Origin: a virus
Lineage: Duplodnaviria > Caudoviricetes
Virus record (IMG/VR): IMGVR_UViG_3300036982_000556
Location: 3,498-67,497 of that record
Reading direction: 5' to 3' (one strand)
DNA length: 64,000 nt
In this document: piece by piece, positions 8,274-17,384 of the stretch
Layout: each line of letters begins with the position of its first letter
Position numbering within the stretch: the first letter of the stretch is position 1
Notes under the pieces: generated by a model
The model's database searches: none
The model's input: the letters and a program-made list of their open reading frames with translations, nothing else
What the model was told of the DNA's origin: nothing
Translations under genes and position numbers: made by a program

Positions 8274-9845
8274 TCAGTTGTAACTGAACTGACCGACCGT
8301 CTGCCCCGACGCAGACCCAACACGAGAACGCCCACGGTTCGACTTCCCCGCCAGATCAGCCCACGCCCAGTACGCAGCGTCAACCAGATCGTAAGGCTTC
8401 GCTTTCGGGAAGCGCATCAACCCAAGCTCAAGCTGTTGGTGTGTCCCAACCAGATGCCTGATCTTGTTCCGCTCATAATCAACCAGCATCCTCTGAGCGC
8501 GCATCATCTTCGACCCGTGACCCGCACCCGCTTTCGCAGCAGCAAACCTCGGAGCCGACCCAGCCAGTTCGCCCCCGGCCCGCAGATCCTCACACGCTTG
8601 GTGATACACAGCCTTCCAAGTATCGCCACCTTGGTCCGACTCAATGCCTAATGTCGTTGCGTCCCACTGAATCGCCGCACGGATACCCCGCTTCACAGCA
8701 TCCAATGGTGTTGTCCGACCTTCCCACGACCACAACCTGTAGATCAAACCATCAACGCCTAGCCCGTCGCACTGAATGCCCTGACAATCTGACTGATCCG
8801 TAGAAGTCACAGCCGGGTCCAACCAGACCACTACCCGGCGCATCACAGGAAGCTCCGCCTCAGTGACATGTAGGTGCGGCCAGTTGATATGGTCGAACAT
8901 CCCACCCGTCATCGTGACCGTCGCATGTTGACACTCGGCAAGGAACGCTGTCAGCCCAATGTCGTTCATCAACGCCTGCGACGAATCAACGGGTTGACCT
9001 TCCCACGACTCCTGCCCATCAACTATCTTGAACAACCCATCCTGCTCAATCCAACCAAGGTTCCACACAGCGGGTATCGGACCTGACACAATCCGATCTC
9101 GAAGAAAGTCCGCCCGACCGTCAGCAAGCTGGGCGAAGATCGAATCGTCGTGGACCTTGTTCTGAATTGCGATCACAGCGCAAGTGTTCGACCCCGCAGG
9201 GAGAAGCTTCCGGGTAATCGTCCTGATCTTCTTGTCTGTTGCGAGTTGGGAATCGGCTTCGCTGTCGATGTCATCGAAGACCATCAGATCGGGGCGCATA
9301 CTTTCCAACTTGATTCCTCGTGCAGCGGAGTCAAGTCCTACAGCGTCAATCGTGAAGCCTGTCCCAGTGCGGACTCGGTTTCGCCGCCAGCCTTTCGCTG
9401 ATCCGAACTTACCCATCAACCTTGAACCAAGTTCAGGGTATGCGAACCCGACTTCTTCATCCTCTAGCAGCGCAGCGATGTTGGCAACGTGGTCGTCTGC
9501 CTGATCTTGTGTCTCGGAAACGTACAAGCAGTAGTTGCGTTTCTGTCGTGCGGCTAACGCGACGACGCACATCTCAGCGCTTGTACTCTTTGCCCCACCT
9601 CGCGGCCAGATCGCAACGAATGGTCTTGGCCGTTCTTTCGGTTTGATGTCCCATGCCCATTCCCAAAACTTGATGTGATGATCTCCGAATGGTGCCGATG
9701 CGTAACCGGGTGCCATCGACATGAGCCACGGTTCCCAGTCGTCGGCGGCTACGGCCCGGTCGATTAGGTATAGGCGGTATTGCTCGCGCTCGTGGTCGGT
9801 TGCTAGTGCGAGGAGTTCGGGTGGTATGACGACTAGCGGGTCCAC
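8274..9845 (-). CDS. terL: Terminase large subunit
   Basis: Walker A-like PRGGAKST, Walker B MVFDDID, RuvC-like VVVWLDPAV and C-terminal DLVDA. Confidence 0.92.
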   Translation of the reverse strand: MDPLVVIPPELLALATDHEREQYRLYLIDRAVAADDWEPWLMSMAPGYASAPFGDHHIKFWEWAWDIKPKERPRPFVAIWPRGGAKSTSAEMCVVALAARQKRNYCLYVSETQDQADDHVANIAALLEDEEVGFAYPELGSRLMGKFGSAKGWRRNRVRTGTGFTIDAVGLDSAARGIKLESMRPDLMVFDDIDSEADSQLATDKKIRTITRKLLPAGSNTCAVIAIQNKVHDDSIFAQLADGRADFLRDRIVSGPIPAVWNLGWIEQDGLFKIVDGQESWEGQPVDSSQALMNDIGLTAFLAECQHATVTMTGGMFDHINWPHLHVTEAELPVMRRVVVWLDPAVTSTDQSDCQGIQCDGLGVDGLIYRLWSWEGRTTPLDAVKRGIRAAIQWDATTLGIESDQGGDTWKAVYHQACEDLRAGGELAGSAPRFAAAKAGAGHGSKMMRAQRMLVDYERNKIRHLVGTHQQLELGLMRFPKAKPYDLVDAAYWAWADLAGKSNRGRSRVGSASGQTVGQFSYN

Positions 9846-9847
9846 GG

Positions 9848-9979
9848 TGTAATGCTACTCCTTGTTTGTCGGGCGTGGCTCACAACACGACAAGGAGAGT
9901 CGCCCTCGGCTTGGTCAGACATCGACTAAGAGGAGATTCAAGCTTCAACGGGACCACGCCCGACAGGTCAAGTATTACA
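9848..9979 (-). promoter_or_regulatory. Structured 5' leader of terL
   Basis: 12-bp helix 9867-9878/9954-9965; an internal anti-SD segment complements the AAGGAG RBS. Confidence 0.55.
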
Positions 9980-10009
9980 TGTCGGGTGGACGGGGTTGGT
10001 TTGGGGGTG

Positions 10010-10095
10010 AAAAGAAATCTGAAGAAATCTTCCATATCGGTACTTATTGACTTGATTATGTAGTTCATCGTGCTATAGTAAAGAGATGAACGAGA
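10010..10095 (+). promoter_or_regulatory. Repeated promoter with leaderless start
   Basis: AAAGAAATCT...ATTGACTTGATT...TATAGT-6-ATG. Confidence 0.75.
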
Positions 10096-10319
10096 CACAG
10101 TACATCAACTCAATTAGCCCGGTAGTTCTTCCAGAACTAGACGGAAGCACCAACTGGCACCCACAGCAAATGTGTCCATACCTGCTCAACATGTTCTGCA
10201 TGATGAGCAACGTGCCTCGGCCAGTGTTCGATATGCACTTTGTTCCATGCACGCACACAAGCGGCAGAACAGATCCAACTCGTAGCCGGGTTTCCGATGG
10301 TCACGGTTGCGTGGTCTGA
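10086..10319 (+). CDS. Hypothetical leaderless protein
   Basis: ATG just after the -10 box; Cys/His-rich. Confidence 0.65.
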   Translation: MNETQYINSISPVVLPELDGSTNWHPQQMCPYLLNMFCMMSNVPRPVFDMHFVPCTHTSGRTDPTRSRVSDGHGCVV

Positions 10320-10391
10320 ACCGAAAGGGTGTGACACGAATAGTGTCACACCCCCTATCTACACTGAAGTCACAACACCAAGGAGATTGAA

Positions 10392-10559
10392 ATGAAGAAG
10401 AACAAGAGCAAGATTTCAGAAGCAGTCATGGCGACCCGTCGGGCCGGTCGTGAAGATCGCCTTAGAGCAATGGCTGACCGTCGCATTCAGACGAGCCACA
10501 CTTTTGCTGACAAGAGGAAGGAAGATGACCGTAATGCTTGCCGGGGTTGGCGCGGCTAA
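10392..10559 (+). CDS. Small basic hypothetical protein
   Basis: AAGGAG RBS; MKKNKSK...FADKRKEDDRNACRG, translated by hand. Confidence 0.65.
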   Translation: MKKNKSKISEAVMATRRAGREDRLRAMADRRIQTSHTFADKRKEDDRNACRGWRG

Positions 10560-10619
10560 CGCTTCCCGTCTAACCCAACACCTACACTTATCAAATACAC
10601 AACGCAATAGGAGAACCAG

Positions 10620-10940
10620 ATGAACGCACTACAAACCCTGCTCACATTCCTCAGAGGACTACCCGAGGTTGCTTTGCTTGAAGAAGCAGTCAAAGCACTC
10701 GCCGCCGCAGGATGGAACGAGGATGAGTCAGAAAGACTCAACTACGAAACGAACATGCGGGCTATGGACCTGCAAGACAAGCTTGACTCACTTGGTATCA
10801 ACTACCAATCCAAGTGGGGTCTAGACAACTCCTTTTCCGTCAGGCTCGGCACGAACGAGCGCACCCTAAACGGTCACCCGCTACCCGGCCCGGTCATTGC
10901 AGACTGCCGCACCACTGTGGAAAGCTACTTCTCAGAATGA
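10620..10940 (+). CDS. Hypothetical protein
   Basis: AGGAG RBS. Confidence 0.7.
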   Translation: MNALQTLLTFLRGLPEVALLEEAVKALAAAGWNEDESERLNYETNMRAMDLQDKLDSLGINYQSKWGLDNSFSVRLGTNERTLNGHPLPGPVIADCRTTVESYFSE

Positions 10941-11131
10941 CTCAACTGAGATTCACTCCTACTGACATTGACCGGCTCAAAGCCACAGCAATCCTCATGG
11001 TCGGTTTCGACTGGCCCGAGGAAACAATCTGTAGGGCAATGGCTCACAGTGTCGGCTTAGGTTGGGAAGACTTCACGATGCCTGAGCGTGACTACGCTCT
11101 CATGCTGATCCGTGGAACACTGATGGTCTAA
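10937..11131 (+). CDS. Hypothetical protein
   Basis: ATGA overlap with the previous gene. Confidence 0.6.
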   Translation: MTQLRFTPTDIDRLKATAILMVGFDWPEETICRAMAHSVGLGWEDFTMPERDYALMLIRGTLMV

Positions 11132-11325
11132 CCCTCAGTGTCGTGGTTCTCGTACTCAACGCGAGCATCAGGAAACGCATTGCGCGCTTTACGGACCGCA
11201 TACCACCGGAACCTGAACGCCTGATCGGAAGCACCGATCACCCGGTTGTTCCCGGCCACGGCACGCCAGCGCCACAACCCTGACTCGCTTCCTTTGTAGA
11301 TGACGACCTTGTTCCCCTTAGCCAT
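11128..11325 (-). CDS. YegP/DUF1508-like small protein
   Basis: IYKG..GLWRWRAVAGNNRVIG.S motif. Confidence 0.65.
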   Translation of the reverse strand: MAKGNKVVIYKGSESGLWRWRAVAGNNRVIGASDQAFRFRWYAVRKARNAFPDARVEYENHDTEG

Positions 11326-12089
11326 TACGAACGCAACCGCTGAGAAATCATGTCCGCTGTTGCTGTTGCGTTTTGTGCCGACGTTGGTGCAGCAGCCCCA
11401 CCGCTAACAACAATCGGATTCACCGTCTTATTCGCTGTCAGCTTTGTGAACACATCAAGGTTTACATCCTGAACCTTCGCACCAAAGAAGATCAGCAACG
11501 GAAGTTCCTCAGCAGAAATCCAACGACGGTTGAAGTCGTCGATCACTTCGACACGACCGTGGTTCGGATCTCCGGGCTGATTCAATCTTAGGTAACTGCT
11601 TGCCATTTCATCCTCCGGTGTTGGGATCGGTTGTGACCCTGTTGCTATTCCTGTTGCTATCTCAGCAGGCGAAGCAACTATCTCGTAGTGCATCGCATCT
11701 TTGTTGCCAGAGTAGTCGCCGCCCCAGCGGAACACGCCGACCCCGTTGTTTGTTCTGATCGCTTTGATCTCATCGACCATCCCACGAGGCATGTCCGTAA
11801 TGAGGACAGGACCGTAAGGGTTCTTCTGCCAGTTGATGTCAGCGGCTATCCCGTAAGCGTGGAGCGAGTACTGCGTCCCACCTGTGATGGCCCGACAGTT
11901 GTACGCACCGCAGTCGGGGGGTGTGGCCTTGTAGTCCCATTTGATGAGTACAGCGTTGAGTGCTTGCCAAGCTTCAACGGTTGAGGCACGAACACTGATC
12001 GAAGCACCGCCGAACAGGGGAACGGAAGCGAACGGCCCAGTGCAGGCGGGCGACCAGAGGACTCGGAGTTGTGCGGTCGTCCGGCTCAT
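11325..12089 (-). CDS. Endolysin, M15-family peptidase
   Basis: YNCR...SLHAYGIAADIN...FRWGGDY...DAMHYEI. Confidence 0.88.
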   Translation of the reverse strand: MSRTTAQLRVLWSPACTGPFASVPLFGGASISVRASTVEAWQALNAVLIKWDYKATPPDCGAYNCRAITGGTQYSLHAYGIAADINWQKNPYGPVLITDMPRGMVDEIKAIRTNNGVGVFRWGGDYSGNKDAMHYEIVASPAEIATGIATGSQPIPTPEDEMASSYLRLNQPGDPNHGRVEVIDDFNRRWISAEELPLLIFFGAKVQDVNLDVFTKLTANKTVNPIVVSGGAAAPTSAQNATATADMISQRLRS

Positions 12090-12238
12090 ACCATTTCCTC
12101 CTCGTCGTTCATGCCGTGCGGAGCGTTGTCGTCGGGGAACACTCCGGCGTGGATGACGATTCCTTGGCGGGCGTACATCTCGTGGTCTACGAGTTCGACG
12201 TAGCGGTCTAGGTCTTCAGCCGAAAGGTTTGAGTCCAT
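12086..12238 (-). CDS. Small acidic hypothetical protein
   Basis: Stop overlaps the endolysin ATG; translated by hand. Confidence 0.5.
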   Translation of the reverse strand: MDSNLSAEDLDRYVELVDHEMYARQGIVIHAGVFPDDNAPHGMNDEEEMV

Positions 12239-12299
12239 GTGGTTGATCGTAGTCGTGTGGTTGTGGGTTGGCAGGGTGGTCTTGGCGATGTGACAAGAG

Positions 12300-12365
12300 T
12301 CACAAACAAATAGTAGTTATTGACTTGATTAGTGTAGAACCATCAACTACATTCATAGGGGTAGG
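12300..12365 (+). promoter_or_regulatory. Repeated promoter, ncRNA-associated subtype
   Basis: TTGATT-17-TACATT then CATAGGGGTAGG. Confidence 0.75.
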
Positions 12366-13250
12366 AGCAACCAACAGCAAGGAGACAAACAAACGCAACA
12401 TCAAAACCAAACAGAGAACGACCGCCACCCGAGCCAGACCCAAGGCTCCATCAAGACAGTTCGCTTGAGTCTTGAAAGGGTGAGGCGGCAGTAGCGCACC
12501 ACTACAAATCACGGTGACGGTTCCAGCCGAGGAACAGAAAGTAACGGCAAAGCCTGAGAGACAACAGGCAAACAACTTCAAGGCTTCAAGCCTTGAGCAG
12601 AATGTGGCGGGGTGCAACTCCCCGGCGGGGAAAGACGCAAGAACAGTCGATCAAAGCGTTGGTGGAGGCATCAACGTGAGCAAGGTACATCGGTGCTACG
12701 CAGTGGGAGCCTACACATTCTGGTCAAGCCTTGAAACCTTGAAGTCAGCTAGTCAAGCTGAAAGCGAAGCGTGCGCAATCCTTGGCACTTGAGGTGAAGA
12801 ATCAAACGGCCACCGAGTAACCCATACACCCACGGCTCTTGGAATAGAGTCACGGAACTCATCGCACTCCTCTCCCTCGCAACATATCTAAGGGTTGCGC
12901 ACACTTCGCTTCCAGTCCGACTAGCACAACAAGAACCGCAGAGACATCAGGGCAACCCCTTGCAGGGTTGTAAACCTGTGACAGGTCACGGACCCGGCAA
13001 GAGTCCACTCAAGGCATTGAGGACCACACAGGCGACTGCGCCTGATGTACTGACTGCGGGGAGGCAGATGAAGGGGAGAACGTAACTCTCGGATGTTGTA
13101 CCTGAAGTACCCGATGACTTGCCGTCAGATCAGGGGCCAGCCAACTACAAAACCGGGGCGACAGACCGATACAGAAATGTGATCGGCGCAACCTGTGAAG
13201 GCCGAACAAAGAAACCCTCTCGCTCTAGGGCGGGGGGGCTATTTGTTTTT
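12359..13250 (+). ncRNA. Candidate large structured ncRNA D (~890 nt) inside the lysis cassette
   Basis: An AAGGAG with no following start; many hairpins including ctcaa-GGCA-ttgag and aca-GAAA-tgt; 3' end resembles that of ncRNA C. Confidence 0.6.
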
Positions 13251-13677
13251 AGTCAGCCATCGGCTCAGGAGCATAAGCCACTGGGAGAAGCGCCGCTGTC
13301 TCAGGGTCACCAACCCGCCGAGCGCCTTCAGCTTTCAACGCCGACACAGCGCCAACCGCCCCAGCCCCAAGCGCCGCTTTCCAGAAATCGCCTGACTGAA
13401 CGTCAAGCACGGGTGCCATCACCATGAACGCAAGGAACGCAGACGCACCGGAACGTAACACACGCAATGTGAGATCCGTGTAGAACGGCATCCCCACAGG
13501 GATCACAGCGGAGTTGACCGAGTTGAGCGCAAGCGTGATAACCGCCGACACCCCAGCCAACACTGCGCACTGGATCGCCGTCCAACCGAATGCCATCCCG
13601 CCGAACAGGGCCACGACGAACGCTTGAACGAATTGAGATAACACCTTCTCAACGATGGGAACAATAAGTTGTTTCAT
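13249..13677 (-). CDS. Holin-like membrane protein with duplicated unit
   Basis: Four hydrophobic helices; EKVLSQFVQAF and RVLRSGASAF repeats; next to the endolysin. Confidence 0.7.
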   Translation of the reverse strand: MKQLIVPIVEKVLSQFVQAFVVALFGGMAFGWTAIQCAVLAGVSAVITLALNSVNSAVIPVGMPFYTDLTLRVLRSGASAFLAFMVMAPVLDVQSGDFWKAALGAGAVGAVSALKAEGARRVGDPETAALLPVAYAPEPMAD

Positions 13678-14051
13678 TCTTCTTCTCCCGTGTCAGTCTT
13701 TCGGGTCCGGGCGGTCCGGGTAGGTTGAATCAAACTGTCAGGCATCGGCACGTTTACCTGTTTGAGATGTTCGACAAGTGCCGCGAACTTGCGTTCAAGT
13801 TCGTTGCAACGAAAAGCCTCAGACGATGCTCGTGCTTCAAGCCGGTCGTAACGCTTTCTGCTCTTAGCAAGATCCGCTTCCAACACCTCTAGCCGCTTAC
13901 CAAGCATCTCCGCAGCGGGAACCGTTGCGTTCAACAGTCTCTCAGCGTAATCAGCTTGTGAAGGTCTGCGGCCTGAAATGTAAGTGAGTACCGTCGTCAG
14001 CGCGCCTATACCAATCGCCACTATCGTTGTTACTCCGAATTGTTCAGCCAC
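13674..14051 (-). CDS. Membrane-anchored coiled-coil protein (lysis region)
   Basis: N-terminal TM segment followed by a coiled coil. Confidence 0.65.
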   Translation of the reverse strand: MAEQFGVTTIVAIGIGALTTVLTYISGRRPSQADYAERLLNATVPAAEMLGKRLEVLEADLAKSRKRYDRLEARASSEAFRCNELERKFAALVEHLKQVNVPMPDSLIQPTRTARTRKTDTGEEE

Positions 14052-14380
14052 TTATCGCCCCGTTCTATGCGTTCCATTAGCTCACACTGTTTGCGCATGA
14101 GCGCTGTTTCAATCATTGAAGACAGTGCGACGCAGATGATGCCGATAGCGATACACGCCCCGTACACAACTCGCAGTTGACCTCGGTGGTCTTCATCAAC
14201 AAACCCTGCTGCGAAGACTATCGCTGAAGCAGCAATTCCGAATGATGTCAAAGCGATCATCGTGAAACCGAAACGTGCGAGATGCGTCAAGTACGCCTGA
14301 AGGATCACTGCCGAAACGGTAAACCCGACAGCGCCCCAAGTGAAAAACACCGCCGCCGCTAGAAGCCACGCCCCCGTCAT
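14030..14380 (-). CDS. Membrane protein (lysis region)
   Basis: Three hydrophobic helices. Confidence 0.65.
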   Translation of the reverse strand: MTGAWLLAAAVFFTWGAVGFTVSAVILQAYLTHLARFGFTMIALTSFGIAASAIVFAAGFVDEDHRGQLRVVYGACIAIGIICVALSSMIETALMRKQCELMERIERGDKWLNNSE

Positions 14381-15303
14381 ACGTCCTCAGCCTCCAGCAA
14401 GTCAGTCATCGTAAGAGTGAACTTCCCTACGTTCGACCCAACCCAAGTGTTACCTGTCTGCACTTGGATATGTGGTTGCAACGGTTTCGCAGGATCATTG
14501 TTTGTAAAGCCTGAGCGGTCGATGATCCTCAACCCGTACAACGCAGCAGCCTCAGCAAGCGAACGACACTCACCGCCAAGAGCAACCATCCGCTGATAAG
14601 AACCAGACCCACGATCCAACACCAACTTCCCCCCGGCGCGTGGCCCAGTGGTGAGCGTCCCGTCGCAACCGACGTAATCCGGTAGGACAATCGCTAGGTC
14701 ATGCGGATCAGTCTGCGACCAAGGGGTCCAAACGTGCATGTGATGGGCGTAACCCGTAGCAGTGCAGGGTTTGCCCTCAACGCACACACCGTCCAACCAG
14801 CGGCCCCACATGAGCGCCTGATTAGGGATAGGCGGTAACGCAGGCGCAGCGAGCGGGTCGAACTGAATTAGCTCATGGACCGTCCCGTCAGGCGAGGTAA
14901 TAATCTCATGCCTGTCCCAGCTTGGGGTCGGCCAGCCTCGTGTGTAGTACTCGCCGGAAGCAGGCAGAGGGATCAACGTCCGTGCTTGTTCCCACTTACC
15001 GTAACCCCCACCGTAGGTCAGCGTCCGAGTCTTGTCCGTTCCTTGTTGCATGAACGTCCCCGTTGAGATCCCTGATGGTCCGACAATATCCGGTGAGAAC
15101 GGGCGGGTTGTCAAACCGATGTACCAGTCAGGCCACTGAACAGGGCCGGTTGGGATAGCTACTGTGCGGGCTTTAGGAAGTTCAAGCCTGCTACAAGAAG
15201 GAAGCGTAAAGTACTTCCACTGGGTAGCCCGGTGTGCGAGGCGTGACCAATCGTTGACGAAACGCCCCCATACCAACCGCTCAATCGCGTTAGGTGTAGC
15301 CAT
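14377..15303 (-). CDS. Hypothetical protein
   Basis: 308-aa ORF coupled to the downstream gene. Confidence 0.75.
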   Translation of the reverse strand: MATPNAIERLVWGRFVNDWSRLAHRATQWKYFTLPSCSRLELPKARTVAIPTGPVQWPDWYIGLTTRPFSPDIVGPSGISTGTFMQQGTDKTRTLTYGGGYGKWEQARTLIPLPASGEYYTRGWPTPSWDRHEIITSPDGTVHELIQFDPLAAPALPPIPNQALMWGRWLDGVCVEGKPCTATGYAHHMHVWTPWSQTDPHDLAIVLPDYVGCDGTLTTGPRAGGKLVLDRGSGSYQRMVALGGECRSLAEAAALYGLRIIDRSGFTNNDPAKPLQPHIQVQTGNTWVGSNVGKFTLTMTDLLEAEDV

Positions 15304-15343
15304 GCCCTAATTGTAAACCAGACTCTAAGAAATGCCGGGAGGG

Positions 15344-15625
15344 TTACGGGCAAACTTCCTCGAAGAAAGCTTCTGCCACATCGGGGTCCACGCCGTTTTC
15401 GATAGCGGTTGTTCGTGCGATTGAAGGGTCGATGTCGATAGCCATGCAGATGTTTGCTTGGCTTTCGATGTCTTCCTCATCCCATGAGTCTTGCAACCCG
15501 GCGTACTCGCTCAAGTCAGAATCGGTTATGCCGCTGTCGAAGCCGCTTCCGTCGTAGCCGTTGTCGTATTCAGAGCCGCACCCTGCGGCAGCGAGCAGGG
15601 CGACGATTAGTAGTAGTTTCCTCAT
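15344..15625 (-). CDS. Acidic lipoprotein
   Basis: MRKLLLIVALLAAAGC lipobox. Confidence 0.75.
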   Translation of the reverse strand: MRKLLLIVALLAAAGCGSEYDNGYDGSGFDSGITDSDLSEYAGLQDSWDEEDIESQANICMAIDIDPSIARTTAIENGVDPDVAEAFFEEVCP

Positions 15626-15667
15626 AGGGCCACCATACCCTGTCCGGTAGACAGAAAGCTTTGCCGT

Positions 15668-16006
15668 TCAGTAGGCATCTAGGTTGACCCAACGGGCGAC
15701 AACTTCTAACAGGTTCTCGTAGTCACTGCTTGTCGCATCGTTGATGAAATCGGTTGTCTGTTCCTTGGTTGCACCCGCTGAACGCAACGCTTGATTCACA
15801 GCACCGAGGATGTAGTGAGCGTTTCCTTCTGGTCCGTCTAAGTCGATTTCGATTTCAACTTCAGGGAACATCGGAACCGTGTATCTCGCAACGAACTGTT
15901 CCGCTTCTTGTTCAGTGGCGAAAGTGCCGACGAGTGTGTCGTCTTCTGTTCGCACCATAAAGGGAAGCGGTGCAGATGATTCAAGTTTGCTGATCGTGAG
16001 TGTCAT
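15668..16006 (-). CDS. Hypothetical phage protein
   Basis: C-terminal DLDGPEGNAHYILG...SSDYENLL pattern recalled from phage proteins. Confidence 0.7.
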   Translation of the reverse strand: MTLTISKLESSAPLPFMVRTEDDTLVGTFATEQEAEQFVARYTVPMFPEVEIEIDLDGPEGNAHYILGAVNQALRSAGATKEQTTDFINDATSSDYENLLEVVARWVNLDAY

Positions 16007-16227
16007 GCCGCCACCTGCCGGGCGGCGACGATGGCGACAGCGGCGGCGATGGTATCGACCGAGGGCCGACGAGTGATTCCCGCTCCTTCGCAGATGCGGG
16101 TCCAGATCATCCCGTCCAACGGGAAGTCGAACAGGTAGCGGTTGGGGATTTCCCAAGCGGCGGCGGAGTCCGCAATGCGGATTGCCAACGCGATTCTGTT
16201 CTTCAGGTGTTCAGGGTGAATCTTCAT
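16003..16227 (-). CDS. Hypothetical protein, paralog of 5279-5527
   Basis: AAGGAG RBS; shared N-terminus. Confidence 0.75.
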   Translation of the reverse strand: MKIHPEHLKNRIALAIRIADSAAAWEIPNRYLFDFPLDGMIWTRICEGAGITRRPSVDTIAAAVAIVAARQVAA

Positions 16228-16291
16228 TCTTCTTTGCTCCTTGGTTGTGATTACTTATTAGGATTGTATCAAACGGGTAGGACGCTTTGTC

Positions 16292-16534
16292 TCACTCCGG
16301 TAGAGGGTTGGCGTTGTACTCGTTCATCCGTTCGATCTGCTGTTCGATGATGTCTGCATTCCGACGCAGACTTGCGATCATGTCAAGGGTCATCTCTGTC
16401 ATCCACGCCTCGCCTTCAATGACTCGGCGGGCAAGTCCTTCAACCATGATTGCGTCATGCTCCAACGCTCCGGCTGAAACAACTTGCTCGTATGAAACAA
16501 CTTGCTCGTATGTGGTGTGTTCGGTCGATGTCAT
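16292..16534 (-). CDS. Hypothetical leaderless protein (MTSTE...)
   Basis: TTGATA-17-TATCGT-7-ATG. Confidence 0.7.
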   Translation of the reverse strand: MTSTEHTTYEQVVSYEQVVSAGALEHDAIMVEGLARRVIEGEAWMTEMTLDMIASLRRNADIIEQQIERMNEYNANPLPE

Positions 16535-16602
16535 GTAGATAACGATACAGCATGGGTGTGACATTATCAAGTCACTAACCAAGATTGTTTGATATTTCTT
16601 TT
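16525..16602 (-). promoter_or_regulatory. Repeated promoter with leaderless start
   Basis: Near-identical to 4830-4907. Confidence 0.8.
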
Positions 16603-16718
16603 CCCACCCCCAACCCGCCGCTCAACCCAGTGGTAGCGGGCGCGCCCCGTCGTTTGCGTCCACCCCTTCCCCTACAATGAAGCTCGTACATAGAAGGACT
16701 AGAGCGAGGTTGAAACGC

Positions 16719-17384
16719 ATGGCAGCAATAAGCGAGTTTTACGCATCCCCCGGTTTGAGGTTGGGTCTTCTACTAGAAGATCATCCTGAAGCCACCTACG
16801 ACTTCCAGCTTGTAGCCGGTTCTGATGTGGGAGTGCCGGACAAGTTCGGTGGAGACAAACAGTTTTGTCTTGCAACGATCCGGTTCCCTGCGGGCCGATC
16901 AGATGTAACCGCTTGGAAACCTGTGCCTGCGTCTGGTTCACCTGACGAGTGGAACATCCTTTGCACCAAGACACTTGGCCGGGCATTGAAGCGTGCCGGT
17001 TACCCTGACGATCTGAAGGATCTGAAGGCGCTTGTGTTGTGGCGGCAACGTGATGCTGAGATCGCAGCGATCCGTGGTGGTGCTGAACTTACTGTGCAGT
17101 CAGCGAACACGATTGCAGCTTTGCCGTCAGCCGACCCGATGCAACTTGCGTTGGATCAAGCAGGCGTTACCTCGGATGAAGCGATAGGCGGCGATGAGGA
17201 ACCTGACGCTTTCGCTGATGTCGTTGACGATGAAACACTTGACCAGATCACTGAGTTGATGGACGGGTTGAACCCTACCGAGGAGAAAGTGTTTTTGGCT
17301 TTCTTGAAGAAGCTCGGTGTGACGAACTTGATCTACGCGACAGCCACGGATGCTGAAGCGATCCTCGGGTGGTTCGACGCATGA
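16719..17384 (+). CDS. Putative single-strand annealing protein-like
   Basis: CTKTLGRALKRAGY resembles the Sak/Rad52-type motif; first gene of an operon with HIRAN and SSB. Confidence 0.45.
   Translation: MAAISEFYASPGLRLGLLLEDHPEATYDFQLVAGSDVGVPDKFGGDKQFCLATIRFPAGRSDVTAWKPVPASGSPDEWNILCTKTLGRALKRAGYPDDLKDLKALVLWRQRDAEIAAIRGGAELTVQSANTIAALPSADPMQLALDQAGVTSDEAIGGDEEPDAFADVVDDETLDQITELMDGLNPTEEKVFLAFLKKLGVTNLIYATATDAEAILGWFDA

Noticed and set aside
12552-12630. Bona fide tRNA-Sec or opal suppressor tRNA
   Set aside because: No pairing acceptor stem and arm spacing is too long; kept only as a tRNA-like finding.
16476-16512. 18-bp tandem duplication (YEQVVS twice)
   Set aside because: Simple in-frame slippage duplication with only two copies.
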